A DNA stretch of 64,000 nt from Lama guanicoe. Taxonomy: Eukaryota. The notes under the pieces were generated by a model that worked only from the letters and a program-made list of their open reading frames with translations, had not been told where the DNA came from and searched no databases. The first letter of the stretch is position 1. Every line of letters begins with the position of its first letter. Both the position numbers and the translations under genes were made by a program. The stretch spans positions 1-64,000 of the forward strand of contig PNXV01000239.1 in the NCBI GenBank assembly GCA_013239625.1, written 5' to 3'. Below, piece by piece: positions 13,001 to 25,235 of this stretch.

Positions 13001-13289
13001 TGAGTGCCACCTACTTCTAAAGAGCGTTCGAAGCAGCTTTCAATAAGCTTTCAATCAAGGCCACTGAAATAGAAGTCAGAAATCTAAAACCATACAACGT
13101 GAGGACAGAATATACACCAAAGACCTAGGCTAGTGTAGTGAACTTAATTATGAATTTAAATGAACTGGTTTTCCAAGTGATAAAGAGAACTGAACCTCAT
13201 TTTCTTCATCTATAAAATGGAATTAATGATCTCTGCCCAGCCTACCCCAGAGAGCTGCCACAAGAATCATCAAAGCTGTGGGTGAGAAT

Positions 13290-13710
13290 GTTTCATTCAG
13301 GACTCTTCTGGTGCAAGTAATTGAAAACCGTACATAATCAGAGATAACAATGAGGTCCAAGATGAGGCTTCTCCATCTCTCCATCTCTGGCTCTGCTTTC
13401 TTCTGTGCCAGCTCCATCCTCAGTCTCTGCGCAGTTGCTTCTTTGTTCCCATAATCACAGCACCAAATCCAGCAAAAGAAAAAAGAAAGAAAGAAAAACC
13501 AAAAAAAGCCCATTTTCCCAAAAGCATCATCAAAGAGGTGAGTCCTCTTAGCCCCGATTGGCTAACTGGGGTCATGTGCCCATCCCTGAACCAATCACTA
13601 TAGCTAGAGGATAGGCTGCACTGATTGGCTTAGTCTAACTCATGTGATCCAGCCCTGTATAGAGTCACCTTCACAGAACTTCAAGGCTGAGAGTGGGGCC
13701 AGGAATATCC
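13290..13710 (-). mobile_element. MLT1K/L-like MaLR LTR
   Basis: tgtttcattcaggactcttctggtgcaagt; gattggctaactggggtcatgtgcccatccctgaaccaatcact. Confidence 0.75.
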
Positions 13711-13749
13711 CTCTGTTGTTTTTTTTCTCTCTTTTTCTCTCCTCCCACA

Positions 13750-14175
13750 GACCTATTTTCTGCCATTTTCTGTGCCCTGAGAGGCAGAGCCCATAGGTGA
13801 CATCACCCAGGATCTCTTGTTCTTGGGCTGGTTGGGTTGGGGCCACTGGAGACCATAGGCTGGAGATTGGAGGCTAGGAGGAGAGAGAGGGGTCTGGTTG
13901 CAACCTGCCCCCTGAACTTTGGTGCTGCATCTCCGGAAATAGCTGTGCCCCTCCCTCCATGGCTATGTCTTCTGCTCTGTGTGTCCCACTCTTATGAAGC
14001 TCCAGAGACACTCTATCTTCCTTTGCCCCCAAATAACAGTTTCTGCCATTGGTAGTCTATGGGCATATAACCTTCCCTGGTCTGCTCCCTTAGTCTGCCC
14101 CTGCTCTGTGAGAAGTCTTTAATAAAGTCTCTTCTTTTGAACCATCCAGGGTGAATTGTTTCCTCCTGTGACCTT
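13750..14175 (+). mobile_element. LTR33-like ERVL LTR, followed by an MLT1 fragment (~14175-14335)
   Basis: ggagattggaggctaggaggagagagagg; aataaagtctcttc...tttcctcctgtgacc. Confidence 0.6.
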
Positions 14176-14949
14176 GTATTCATTTTCTATTACTTCATAA
14201 CAAATTATCCCGAAGTGTGATGGCCTAAAGCAACAATAAACTTTTATTAGCTCACATAGTTTCTTGTGAGTCAGGAATTCAAGAGTGACTTAGCTGGAAG
14301 GTTCTGGCTTGGGTCTTTCATGACAACTGCTTGAAGCCTTCCCAGCCCTTCTTTGAGTAAGTAAGCTGAAGCAGCTGAAATCAGGACTGCAGCCTACCTG
14401 GGGTAAAACTGCTATGATTCTTCCTCCTCCTCTGCTGGGGTGTGAGGGAAAGCAGGAGGCTTCAGAGTTCCACAGACCTGAGCTCAGCTCCCAGCTCTGC
14501 CTCCCACAGCTGTGACCTAGGGCATGTGACTTACCTATCTGAGCTTCATTTTCCTAAACCAAGAAATGGAAAGGTAATAAAACCTGTGGACCACCTGGTT
14601 TGCCCATCTTGGATCCATTTAACACCAGAGCAGCCTGTTAGGTACTTGGCCTTGCAGTAGGACCAAAGCCCAGGAATATTTGTCTACCATGTTATCCCTA
14701 GAGCCCAGCGCAGTGCCTGGCCCAAAGGAGAAGGATCTCCAAAATATGATGAATGAATGAGTGTGTAAATGACTGATTGAATAAACAACATACAAATGAA
14801 CAGAGCACAGACCCTCTTGACTCCAGCTGGCTTCCACTGCCCTTAGGAGAAAGTCTGGGTTCTGTTTTATTTTGTTTAACCTCTCTCAGGTGCAAAGAAC
14901 TGAGTTCATATTTGTCATCAAGGCTCAGCTCTGTTTCATTCATTCATTT

Positions 14950-15835
14950 TTTTATTCATTCCTTTTTATCTGCATTCCCCACTTTCATCCCCCTTTCTCC
15001 ACAGGAGGCATTCTAATGAGTCTAATTGTACCTTTTTCTGTATGTAGTTTTACAAAGTGTATTGTTGTATTTTTAATTTATGTAAATGGTATTGTTATAT
15101 GTCATCCTTTTTTCTTTTTTCATTAAGCTCTCTGTGTATCAAATCTGCTGCTTATGATTCTCCCCAGGTCACCTCCATCTCTCTCACACACAGACACACA
15201 CACACACACACACACCATAATGTGTGTAATGAGCACCCTTCTAAATGTCCCCTTATAAGAATTTCCTGAGGCTGTATCCCAGGAGTGGAGTTCTGGGTCA
15301 GAGGGTATGTAGACACTTAATTGGACTAAGTAGTGCCAGATGCTGCCCAGAATAGCTGCTCCTATGACATCCCACCAGTGATGCATGAAGTTACTGTGTC
15401 TCCAAGTCCTCACCAACACCTGCATTATCTGATTTCTGATTTTTGCCATTTAATCCATATAAAGTGACATCATTTTAATTTTTCTGATTCCTAATGATAT
15501 TGAGCATCCTTTCATGTGCCTGTTTGCTCTGAGTTCCTCTTTTGTAAATTGCTCCATTTTTCTGATGGATTTGCTCTCTGTAAATTGCTGAATTTCAGGA
15601 GTGCCATGTCTAATCTGGATATTAGTAGACTAATAATGTAGTCATCTTCCATTCTGTCATCTGTCTGTTGACTTTGTCCGAGAGTCCTTTGTCTGACAGA
15701 AATGCTCTATTTTGATATAATCAAATTGATCAATTTTTTTGCCTTGTGGTTTGTCCATTTGAAGCTTTGTTTGAGGAAGTTTTCCTTGCCCTTAGGTTTC
15801 GAAGATATTCTCCTGCATTTCCTTCTAATCAAGAT
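14950..15835 (-). mobile_element. Old L1ME fragment containing a (CA)n microsatellite at ~15185-15215
   Basis: cccaggagtggagttctgggtcagagggtatg, tgatattgagcatcctttcatgtg. Confidence 0.8.
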
Positions 15836-16755
15836 TCCTTCCTCCATCAAGCTTGTTCTCTCTTTAAGGGGAATTTTTGGCCCAGCTTTCAGATGATATA
15901 AACTTTATCTCTTTACACAGTAGGAAAGACCACAACCAAAGCGAGTGGGGGATCCCAGGCCGGAAACCCAGCGGCCTCCCAGCCCAGCGCCCCTTCTGAA
16001 TCACCTGTCTGTGAGTCACCAAGTCCTGCCCATTTTGTCTCTATTATTCTCTAGTCTATGCCCTTCTTTCTGCCTGGCCACTTCCTGCAGCCTGAGCCCC
16101 CTGGCCTCGCGCCTGGACTGCTGCGGCACCAGCTGCCTCATTTGAACCCTCCCCCAGCCCCCTCAGGACAATCTGCAGCCCACCCAGCTTACAGTGAAGA
16201 TTCCAACAGATTGCAAATTGCATGTCTCAGGCTTTCAGGTCGACTGGTCAGCAATTTGGTTTTCCTTGTGGAGACTAATCTATTTAACAAAAATAGAACA
16301 TACAGTAAAGCAAAATTAAATATTTCTAATCGTGAGGCTGCTTGCATCTGCAAACGACCAGGAAAGAAGGGAAGTTGCGGGTGGAGGCAGAAAGCTTAGA
16401 GGAGGCCTCGTGATGTGTGGCTTTAGAGCTGCAAAGCTCCCTTGGCTCAACCACCCACCCAGGAACCTGGGCAGAGACCCCCTCACAGACCCTGCCAGAT
16501 CCCCTCTGCTGACTATGCAGGTGAGAAAGGGCAACATGAAATCGAAAAGCCATTCTTCATTTCTCCGCTTTCCCCACCCTGTACATGCTGGCCACCTCTC
16601 AGGTCCTTCAATTCCATCTCCTTCCCATCTCTTGAATCATGGGCTCTGCTCCACCTGTGTCACCCTCATCTCTCACTTGAAGTTCACAGCAGCTTCCTGG
16701 CCTCTGGTCTTGCCCACATACCCATCCGTTTTCCACACAGCAGCCAAAGTAGCCC

Positions 16756-17283
16756 TTTTCTTTTTCTTTATGAAGATATAATTGGAAAGTAGGAGTTATA
16801 TATATTTAAGGGGTATAATTTGATGATTTGATATACACATACATTGTGAAATGAGCACTACAATCAAGGTAATTAACATACTCATCACAACTCATGGTTA
16901 CCATTTTCTTTTTCTTTTCTTTTTTCTCACTTTCTTTTTCTTTTCTTTTCTTTTTTTATGATGAGAACACTGAAGATCTACCCCCTTTAGCAGGTGTCAA
17001 GTGTACAGTAGAATATTGTTAACTATAGTCACTAGGCTGTACATTAGACCTCCAGAACTTACTCATCTGCATAACTGGGAGGTTCCCCATTTCCCTGCCC
17101 TCAATCCCTGGCAACCACCATTCTACTCTCTTCTTCTATGAGTTCGACTAATACAGATTCGACATAAAAGTGACGCCATGCAGTATTTGTCTTTCTGTTC
17201 AGACACACAGGCCTCTTTCATTTAGCATAATGTCCTCTAGGTCCATCATTTGTCACAAATGGCAGGATTTCCTTGTTTTTAAA
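16756..17283 (-). mobile_element. L1MA-type 3' end inserted within an L2 (~16560-17770)
   Basis: tgatttgatatacacatacattgtgaaatg, aactatagtcactaggctgtacattagacctccagaactt; internal (TTTTC)n run. Confidence 0.88.
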
Positions 17284-18409
17284 GAGCATATGGGAATTAC
17301 TATTTCCTGGTTTACAAGCTTCCTGTGGCCCTCATTTGGATCATGAGATCCAGAGTCCTGCCTGACGTGGCTCCTGCCTTCCTGACTCCACCAACCCTCC
17401 TACCCCTTGCACACCACCCACCAGCCACCATGCCCTCTTCCTTCTGGTCTCCAGAGAGTTAAGCTCTCTCTTGCCTCCAGGCCTTTGCATATGCGGTTGC
17501 CTCTGCGCAGAACATTCCCTATCTCATCCTTTTATCTTTTCTACTTGGCTAACTCACACTCATTCTTCCCGGTCCTCCCAAACCACCTCCTCACAAGAGA
17601 GGTGCCCTTCCTCTGTGCTCCCATCCCCCTCTGTACCCACCCTGTCCTAGCATTTATCACACTGACCTGTAACTGTCTTTTTTTAATCTGTTACCTCCAT
17701 TAGACTGGGAACTTCTAGGGAAAAAAGGACTTTGACTTAGTATACCTTTCCTGGGTCTAGCATCAGCATGCCATGCCCCAGACACTGTGTGTGGCAACCG
17801 TTTCCTCATTTTATCTGTGGAAACCGAGACCCAGATAGAGGAAGGAACATAATGATGGGCACACTGGGTGTTGGTGTCAAAACTGGGACTAGAGCTCTGA
17901 ATCTCCCACTCTAAGTCCAGAGCCCTTTTGGGTTTAATTGTAAAGAACTGGTCTCAACAAACATCATTCAGCCCTGACCCCCAATACCATTAGCCCACAG
18001 GGATGTCTTGGTCTCCCAGTGTCCTTTCTCTCTCCCCTCCTTTTCCTCCATAGCCCTTCCTGAGGGACCCTGCTCCAGTGTCCCCTAAACTGGATCATCC
18101 CACTTAGCCCAACACAAACAGCTCCGCACTCCTCTCCTTCCCAGGACTAGAGGAGGAAAGAGCACTTTTCTGTGCTGGGGTGGGGTAGGGGGAGCTCCAT
18201 CTCAGCAGGACACAAGTACAGTAGGCAGGTCAGGGGGTGGAGGAAGGAGCTGCCGGCACCCCCTGAGGTAGAGGCAGGGCAGGCAGTGTCACCAGTGTAC
18301 CATGGAGAACATGAGTTGGGAGGCCATTTTCATCCGGTCTTGACATACAGGGCTGGTGCTGGAGGACTGAGTCCTCCTAGGGACCACGTGGTAGACAGAG
18401 GGACAGAGG

Positions 18410-18895
18410 GCCCAGGAGAAAAGCAGAAAGCAAACTAGGGACTTCTAACAGAGGGGATTTAATACAGGGAGTTACTTAATAGGTGTTGGAAGGAGAAAGA
18501 AGTGTAAAAGGAATCCTGAGGCAGTCCGGAGACACCAGCTGCTGAGAGAAACAGTCATCACCCGTAGGCTAGAAGAAGGAAGGGAAGAGGTGAGACTCCC
18601 AGAAGCTGGGAGCTCAGAGGAGAAGGCCGACAGAGCTAGTGTTCAGACATCTGAGGAGGGGCACTGCCCAGTGCTGCTGGCACCTCTCAGGGGGTGTAGC
18701 TGGACTGGCGCTGGCAGCGGGACCCTGACAGAAGCAGGGAAATGGGAATTCCCAAGTCCTTCTCTTCGCCTGCTTCCCACTCTCCCTCAGGGTCAGCTAT
18801 CGCCGGAGCTGATGGGGCGTCTGGGAGACGCAGCTTCCCAGGTCCAGCATCACAGAACAGAGTGGAGAAGGGCAGCTGGAGGCTGAGAGACAGCA
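18410..18895 (-). mobile_element. Old MLT1-type MaLR LTR
   Basis: aacagaggggatttaatacaggga; ttctcttcgcctgcttcccactctccc. Confidence 0.55.
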
Positions 18896-19054
18896 AGTAG
18901 TCCCTGGCACAAGCCCCTCCTCCAGTGTTCCCACCCTGACTCGAAGCCCCTCCCTCCCTTCTAAGAAGAGGTTCTCACCCACCTCTTGTGCAAGTAAAAG
19001 TAGGCATTTTGCATTATTCTTCACGTTTCACATTCCTGAGAGGACTGGCTCTGC

Positions 19055-19228
19055 CACCAGCGTTCTGAACCGGCTCCTGCGGGCTGCCTAAAGCCAGTTG
19101 TTAAATGATTGATAGCTGGAAATCTGCCTTGGTGGGAATATTTACACTGTGGAAATTGGCAAACACTACAAATCAGGACCCTTTTATTCCCCCAGAGAGC
19201 CAGTTAAATACTTACCAACACATCCTTG
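19055..19228 (+). mobile_element. MER63-type hAT MITE (second copy)
   Basis: agccagttgttaaa, ggtgggaatatttacactgtggaaattggcaaacactacaaatcagg, cccagagagccagttaaa. Confidence 0.8.
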
Positions 19229-20135
19229 ACTCCTTTTCTCCTCCACCTACCTCCTGTTCTACTCCTACCTGCTCCCCTCGCCCAGGCTCTCATCCCCTGC
19301 AAAGAGCTCGTTTTCTGATCAGTGACTGGGTTTTGCAAAGGAAGGCCGGATAGTAAGTATGTGTTAGAAACATGAGCTTAAAGCCAGGCACAGCTAGGAT
19401 GAGTCCCATTCCTACTGCCTACCGGTTATGTGACCCTAGGCAATTTTCTTAACTTCTCAGCCCCTCAATTTTCTCATCTGTAAAATGAAGATGATAATAG
19501 CACATAGTTCATCACAATGAGGTTGTTGTTGAGAATTTATTAATAAAGAAGAACCCCAGAAAAAATCTTAGATAACATACACAAATGTTTCAGCAGAGCT
19601 AAAAATAACTTACGCTCTGCAGAGAAAAACCTGAGAACAGAAATGAGGAGGGTCTTGCCCCAGGTTTCCTTCCTAGAAAATAGCATATCACAGCCCGAGT
19701 CTGCCTCTCCCGAACCCTTGTTCAGTGCTCTTCCCCTTCTCCTAAGTTGAGGGGGAAATGTGCTTATGCGTGCACAGATCCTTTGGCTCTTATTCAGGAA
19801 AACTCTAAGCTGTCAGTAAAAATTAATCTATTCCAAGAGGGAGTATTATTTTGTTGGTGATGATGTTGCTATTTTTGCCTGTAAAAAAATGTGCCTCCTT
19901 ATAACAGCCTTTCAGAAGAAAGTTTTTAATAAAGTTTTCCTGTTATTAAAATAATGCATGCTATTAGAGGATATTGGAATGTATTGAAAAGTAAAAAGAC
20001 AAAAAACCATAATCCCACAACCTGGGACCAATCAGTATTGGTTGGGAATAATTTTTTACTTGGTTGGGGTAATTTTTACATAATTGTGAACATTCTGTGT
20101 ATATAATTTTTATCCTGTCTTTTTAACTTACATAT

Positions 20136-20576
20136 TGTATTAGGGTGAATAACACTAGCTGGTGTAACAAAGATATCTCAGAACCTCAATGGATTCACAC
20201 AGGAATAATGTGTTTCTCTCTTTTGAAAAATCCAAAGTGGATGTTTCTGGCTGGAAGATAGCGTTGCTGCATGATTATTCATGGACCCAGGCTCCTTTGT
20301 CTCATGTCCCCACTGTTCCTTAGAACTTGGAGTTCATTGATAGATCCTGTGACTATGGTTGGCAGATGGGGGAAGTGAGGGAGCAGGAAGGGTCTTGTGG
20401 GAGATTTTCATGGGCCAGACCTGGAATGCCACATGCCACTTCTGCCCACATTGCGCTGGCTAGAACTGTCACATGGCCACATCTAAGTATAAGGGAGGTT
20501 GGAAAATGCAGTCTAACCATGTGCCTGGGAGGAAGAGGAAATGGATTTGAGAAACAACTAGCCAGTGACTGGCACA
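20136..20576 (-). mobile_element. MLT1J-like MaLR LTR nested in an old L1ME fragment
   Basis: tgtattaggg...ctagctggtgtaac; cacttctgcccacattgcgctggctagaactgtcacatggccac; ends ggcaca. Confidence 0.8.
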
Positions 20577-20639
20577 ATCAGGATAACGCTTTTTCCAATC
20601 TTTTATAACTTTTATGACATAATATTCAAGTCTGCATAA

Positions 20640-21215
20640 CCTAGATCAAGTCACCTCCTGATTAAAACCCTTCAGTGGCTCCCCTTAAATTTAAAATTAA
20701 GCCTGGCATCCTTGATAAGCCTATAAGGTTCTGTGTGACATTGCACCTGTCCACCCTGCCAGTTCCATTCCATGCTTCATCTCCCCCTCAATCACCACTT
20801 TCAGCTCCACTGGCATTGTTTCAGCTCCTCCAACTTCCCATTCTCTTTCCTGCCTCAGGACCTTTGTACTTGCAATTTGTCTTCACAGGAAGCTCTCCCC
20901 TCACTCTTAGCTGACTCCTTCAGGTCTCAACGCAAATGCCACCTCCCCAGAAAAGCCCTCCTTGACCCCCAGTCTAATTGAAGCCTTGTAGTTCTCTCTT
21001 GCATCACCCTGTTCCTTTCCTTTATATCACTTACGGTGGTTTGTAAACATATATGTATCGGTGTATTTATTGTTTGATGACTATACCTCCCACCTGACTG
21101 CAAGATCCATACACTCAAGGACCATGTGGACTTTGCTCACTCTCTATCCGGTGCCTACCTGGCACATACCTGACACATGTTAGGGGCTTGACAGTGCTGA
21201 CTGAGTGATTGCATG
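20640..21215 (+). mobile_element. L2 LINE 3' part
   Basis: taaaacccttcagtggctcccc, ctgcctcaggacctttgtacttgc, gactgcaagatccat. Confidence 0.8.
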
Positions 21216-23021
21216 TGTCATAAAATTTCATCATGTTTACTTTACTATCATGGTTTACTTTGCTATTGCCCTATTTCTTGAACATTTCGTTTATTTCTGA
21301 TATTTTTCTATTCTAAACAAGCTTGACTCTTGTATCATAACTGGAGGGAAATAGAGGGAATTGGTCTCACTTCTCTTGGGCCAGCCAGCCGCCATCTCCT
21401 CTTGGTCCCCACTCCTGTCCACTGTACCCAACCTGCCGTAGACCACCACTTCCTTTGTGGCTGGTTGCCACTTGAACCCTATGGGCCATCAGAAGGATGG
21501 CCCTCTATTTACTGCTCACCAGCAGAAGATGGCAGTGGGCAGGCCACACGTCCCATCCTGCCCCTCCTCTTAACTCCCTGCAAACCAGCTGCTCAAGACT
21601 CAATAGAGACATCAAACCTTCCTCAAGGCTTAGGCCTATCAAAAGCATTTTTATGTAAGAAAATATTTTAAATAGTATGCAAAATATGACTTGACCTATA
21701 GCCCAAGGGACATGTAGGAAAAAAGTATTTTTCATTTTTGCAGAACATGTGGGTGGATGTACCCAGTTGTTTGGTATTTCTCTTTTATGTCCTGTCATCC
21801 CTTGGGAAACAGAAGGTAACTTCTTCAAGCCTACGTGATGAGGATCTCTATTCTTTACGGAAAATCTAACCAGCAGTGTAACCCCAACATTTTCTCAAAA
21901 TCTTCATTATTCATTTGAGATCCGTGTGGTCCTGGGTGAAGGGCTAGAGCAGAACAGTCCAAAGTGGGCTTGGATCATCCACTCAGATAGTGCTGTGCCG
22001 ACCAGGGCCCCCATCACCCTTCAGCTTCCACCTCCTTAAAGATTAGCTGCCTGTGTGACCTGTCAGAGCGGATCTTATTTCCCCACAGCACAAATCAGAC
22101 ACCCAGATGAGCATGCTTGCTCACACCTCCCAAAGACAAACGCTCACCCAGAGACGAGTACAGTTAGAGCTGTATTAAGGACAGAACGCCTTCCCCAAAA
22201 GCACCGTGATTGGCAGAGACCTGGTCCCTCAGTGGGCCTGGGGCTCCAGGAGACCTGGCTGAGCCAAGTGAGTCTTCCCTCTGCCTAGCCTCCAGCTCGA
22301 CATCAGATGATGTTCCAGGGCAGAGCATCCCTGTCCTTTGTTATGAAATTGAAAGAGACAAAAAAATTTTTTTCCAATGTAGGGCTTGACCTGTACAATT
22401 CATAAAGTGTTGTTGGAATAAATTTCACTCATGCTTAGTAGTGAAACATTAAAGATGAACAATGGAAACTGAATTAATTTTTCCAAGAGGAGACTCCACT
22501 GATGCCTCCTGACTGCTGGAATCCTTACTGTACATTTACGCTGCACTGATTTTTCTGGGGATTCTGAACTGACATCAGGTAGAATTTTGCTAACGCAGAT
22601 TACCTGGAGGATTATAAGAGTTACCCTTTGTGTGTGGCAACCCTGGGTTATGCCGTTTTCATAATTGCCTTCTTTAATTCTCACAAACCATCCTGAGAAG
22701 CAGGTGTAACTGTTCTTCCTGCTTTTCAGATAGAATTGATTCTCAAAAACACTGAATGACTGTCCAAGGTCATACCAATGGCAAATTTACTCTTGTCTAG
22801 TGAATGCAGAAACTTAAGTTTTTTTTCCATATGTCATTCATCCTATGTGTTCTGAAGAGTCCTCTGAAAAAGAACATGCAGCTTTATCACTCTCAATTCA
22901 ACCTGAAATGTTGGTTTGGATCAGCTTTTATGAAACAGACTGCTCTCTTTGACATTAGCAACATCTCTTTAAGGAAAAAGAAACATCCTTATAAAGTATC
23001 CACTTGGGGTTTTACCTGCAT

Positions 23022-23398
23022 TATTTTATTTGCATTCCAAATCAGCTCTGTGGTCGTTCTTATAAACTCCTCGGAAGTTAGAATCCATTATCAGTCAGCA
23101 TGCAGCCAAGAGAATAGAAAGCACTTCAGGCATGTCAGAGGGAGAGTTAATACAGGGAACTGGTGACAACTTTGTTGGAAGGAATGGAGGAGCAGATCAG
23201 GTAGGTGCTGTCACCAAAGATGAGACCAAAGAAAACGACCAAGCCCTTTGAGCTGGACGAACAAAAAGGGAATGGTGTTGCCTCTGACATGCCTGAAGTG
23301 CTTTCTGTTTTCTTGACTGCATGCTGATTGGTAATGGATTCTAACTTGCGAGGAGTTTATAAGTGACTGCAGAGCAGATTTGGAATGCAAATAAAATA
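23022..23398. repeat. Inverted duplication: arms 23022-23141 and 23281-23398 with a 139-bp spacer
   Basis: Manual alignment gives 108 of 118 columns complementary plus one 2-nt indel. The same peptide, VRIHYQSACSQENRKHFRHVRG, appears on both strands in the ORF track. Confidence 0.97.
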
Positions 23399-23790
23399 CT
23401 GGGGACCCAAACACACTGGCCTCCGAGGCTCCTGCCACTGCTGTTTCTGCTGCTTTGGGGACCCACCACTGGCCACCAAGCGGTCAGCCTGGACCCTCCA
23501 CTACACACACTGACAATGCAGAGCTGCTGGGGCCCCACAGACACCTGCAGTCACTCAGCTCCTGCTGCTGCAACCAAAGTAGAGAAAAAAAAGCAAAAAA
23601 AAAAAAAAAAGCCTTTCCCTTATGCACACTTTCTAATCCCCCATGAATACTTCTCATTAGCAGAACCTAAATGGAAACCAGCTGGCAGGGGATTCTGGGA
23701 AGTGTGGTTTCCAGGCTGTGGGCCCTGCGACACAGAGGACATAGGAAAGTGAGCGTGGACTGTGAGCCAACAGACAGGTCACAACCACTG
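23088..23790 (-). mobile_element. Old MLT1-type MaLR LTR interrupted by the inverted duplication
   Basis: tatcagtcagcatgcagccaagagaatagaaagcac...agagttaatacagggaactggt; cattagcagaacctaaatggaaaccagctggcagggg. Confidence 0.65.
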
Positions 23791-24166
23791 CTCCAGCCAG
23801 AGTTATCAAACTCCACTGCTTTGGAATTTAAGGCCTCACATGGATTGGTCTCAAGTGGATGTGATGATCCTCCATTACAGCCCTGGGATCGCACTCGGCA
23901 AAAGCTTCAGGAGAGTCGCGGCATTTATATAGACATAAAGAATGTCTGTGTGAAAAGAAGAGCAAAATAATCCCTGCTCAAGCTGGGGTCTTAGAAACCA
24001 AAGCCTGCCCGGCTTCCCTGGCTCGGAGATGCAGGTCATAGCGAAACCGGACTCTAGTTGCTGTGTGGGCCTCACTCAGAATCGTTGCCTCTGTTCCCAC
24101 TGCCTTACCACTCAGCCTCCTTTGGCTTGCAAAAAAGAGAGCATTCCAGTGACCTTTGATGGCAGG

Positions 24167-24580
24167 TGTCTTAGGCCAGGGTTACCCAGGAAACAGACTG
24201 AGACAAAGATTGACATGCACGAAGTTTGTCAGGAGGCTCTCAGGAAGAAAACTCGAAAGGGAAGAAGCTGAGCAGGATGAGGCCGAGGGACAAGGTGAAG
24301 TGGAATGCAGCTGCCTTCACAGCCTCAGCCACCCTCGGGGACCTCTGGAGCCATGGGCCTTCCCAGCTCTCCTGAGTTGAGGGAGGGGGGCTCGAACAAC
24401 TGTGTCTTTTTACACTGACCAGTGGATGTAGGCTGCCCCCAGGGAGGGACATAATCTTCACTGATACAGCTCCCTGTGGGTGCAGGGCAACCCAACAGCA
24501 GCCGAAATTCTGGGGAAATAAGCTCCTTCATCCTGAAGGGGGCATCCAGCCGCACACCATGGCACCCCCCATCCAGGATG
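24167..24580 (-). mobile_element. LTR16-family (ERVL) solo LTR
   Basis: tgtcttaggccagggttacccaggaaacagactgagac; flanked by gcagg on both sides (24162-24166, 24581-24585). Confidence 0.8.
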
Positions 24581-24669
24581 GCAGGAGTAGAAGGGAAGCC
24601 ACTGCTGCTCAGGCCACAGCGCTCAGCCACTTTGGCGATGCACCCTGAGCTGGAGAGACAGAGAGAGAG

Positions 24670-25235
24670 TCCAGCCACCTCCCTAGCCTAAGCCGCTGCC
24701 ACCTAAGACCCCGTGTCTCTGCTTCCATGTTTGCCTCACTACCATCCATTCTCTCTCCATCAGCCAGAGCAATCTTCTGAGATCTTAAGTCAGATCATGC
24801 TACTGCTTTGCATAACCTCCCCATCGCCATGGCTCTTCGCTGCACTTGGCATCCCCTCCAAGCTCTGTCATGGCCCCCAGTTCACCCCTACCTGCCCACT
24901 CCCTCACTGGGCTTCCACTGCCTGCCCCTTCTGTTCCGTTCCCACCTGAGGGCTTGTCCTGGCCTTTGCCTCTGCTCGGGGTATCTCTTCTTGCTGCACA
25001 GGCCTCAGCCTTATGTCGGCTCTGCTGGGAGTTCTTTCCTAAGCATGCAGTAGATTCACTCCCCTCACCCAGGCACTCCCGTTTGTTTTCTTCACAGCTC
25101 ACTTCACTAACTAAAATGATCTTATTCATTTATCTCCTAATCAAATATGAAGTTCTCTGAGAGCAGGGAATCAGCTCCTAGAAGAGGACCCAGCCAGGGC
25201 AGACAGATATTTGTGGAATGTCATGTGAGTTGAGC
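24670..25235 (+). mobile_element. L2 LINE 3' part
   Basis: ctccatcagccagagcaatctt...agtcagatcatg; tatgaagttctctgagagcaggga. Confidence 0.7.
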
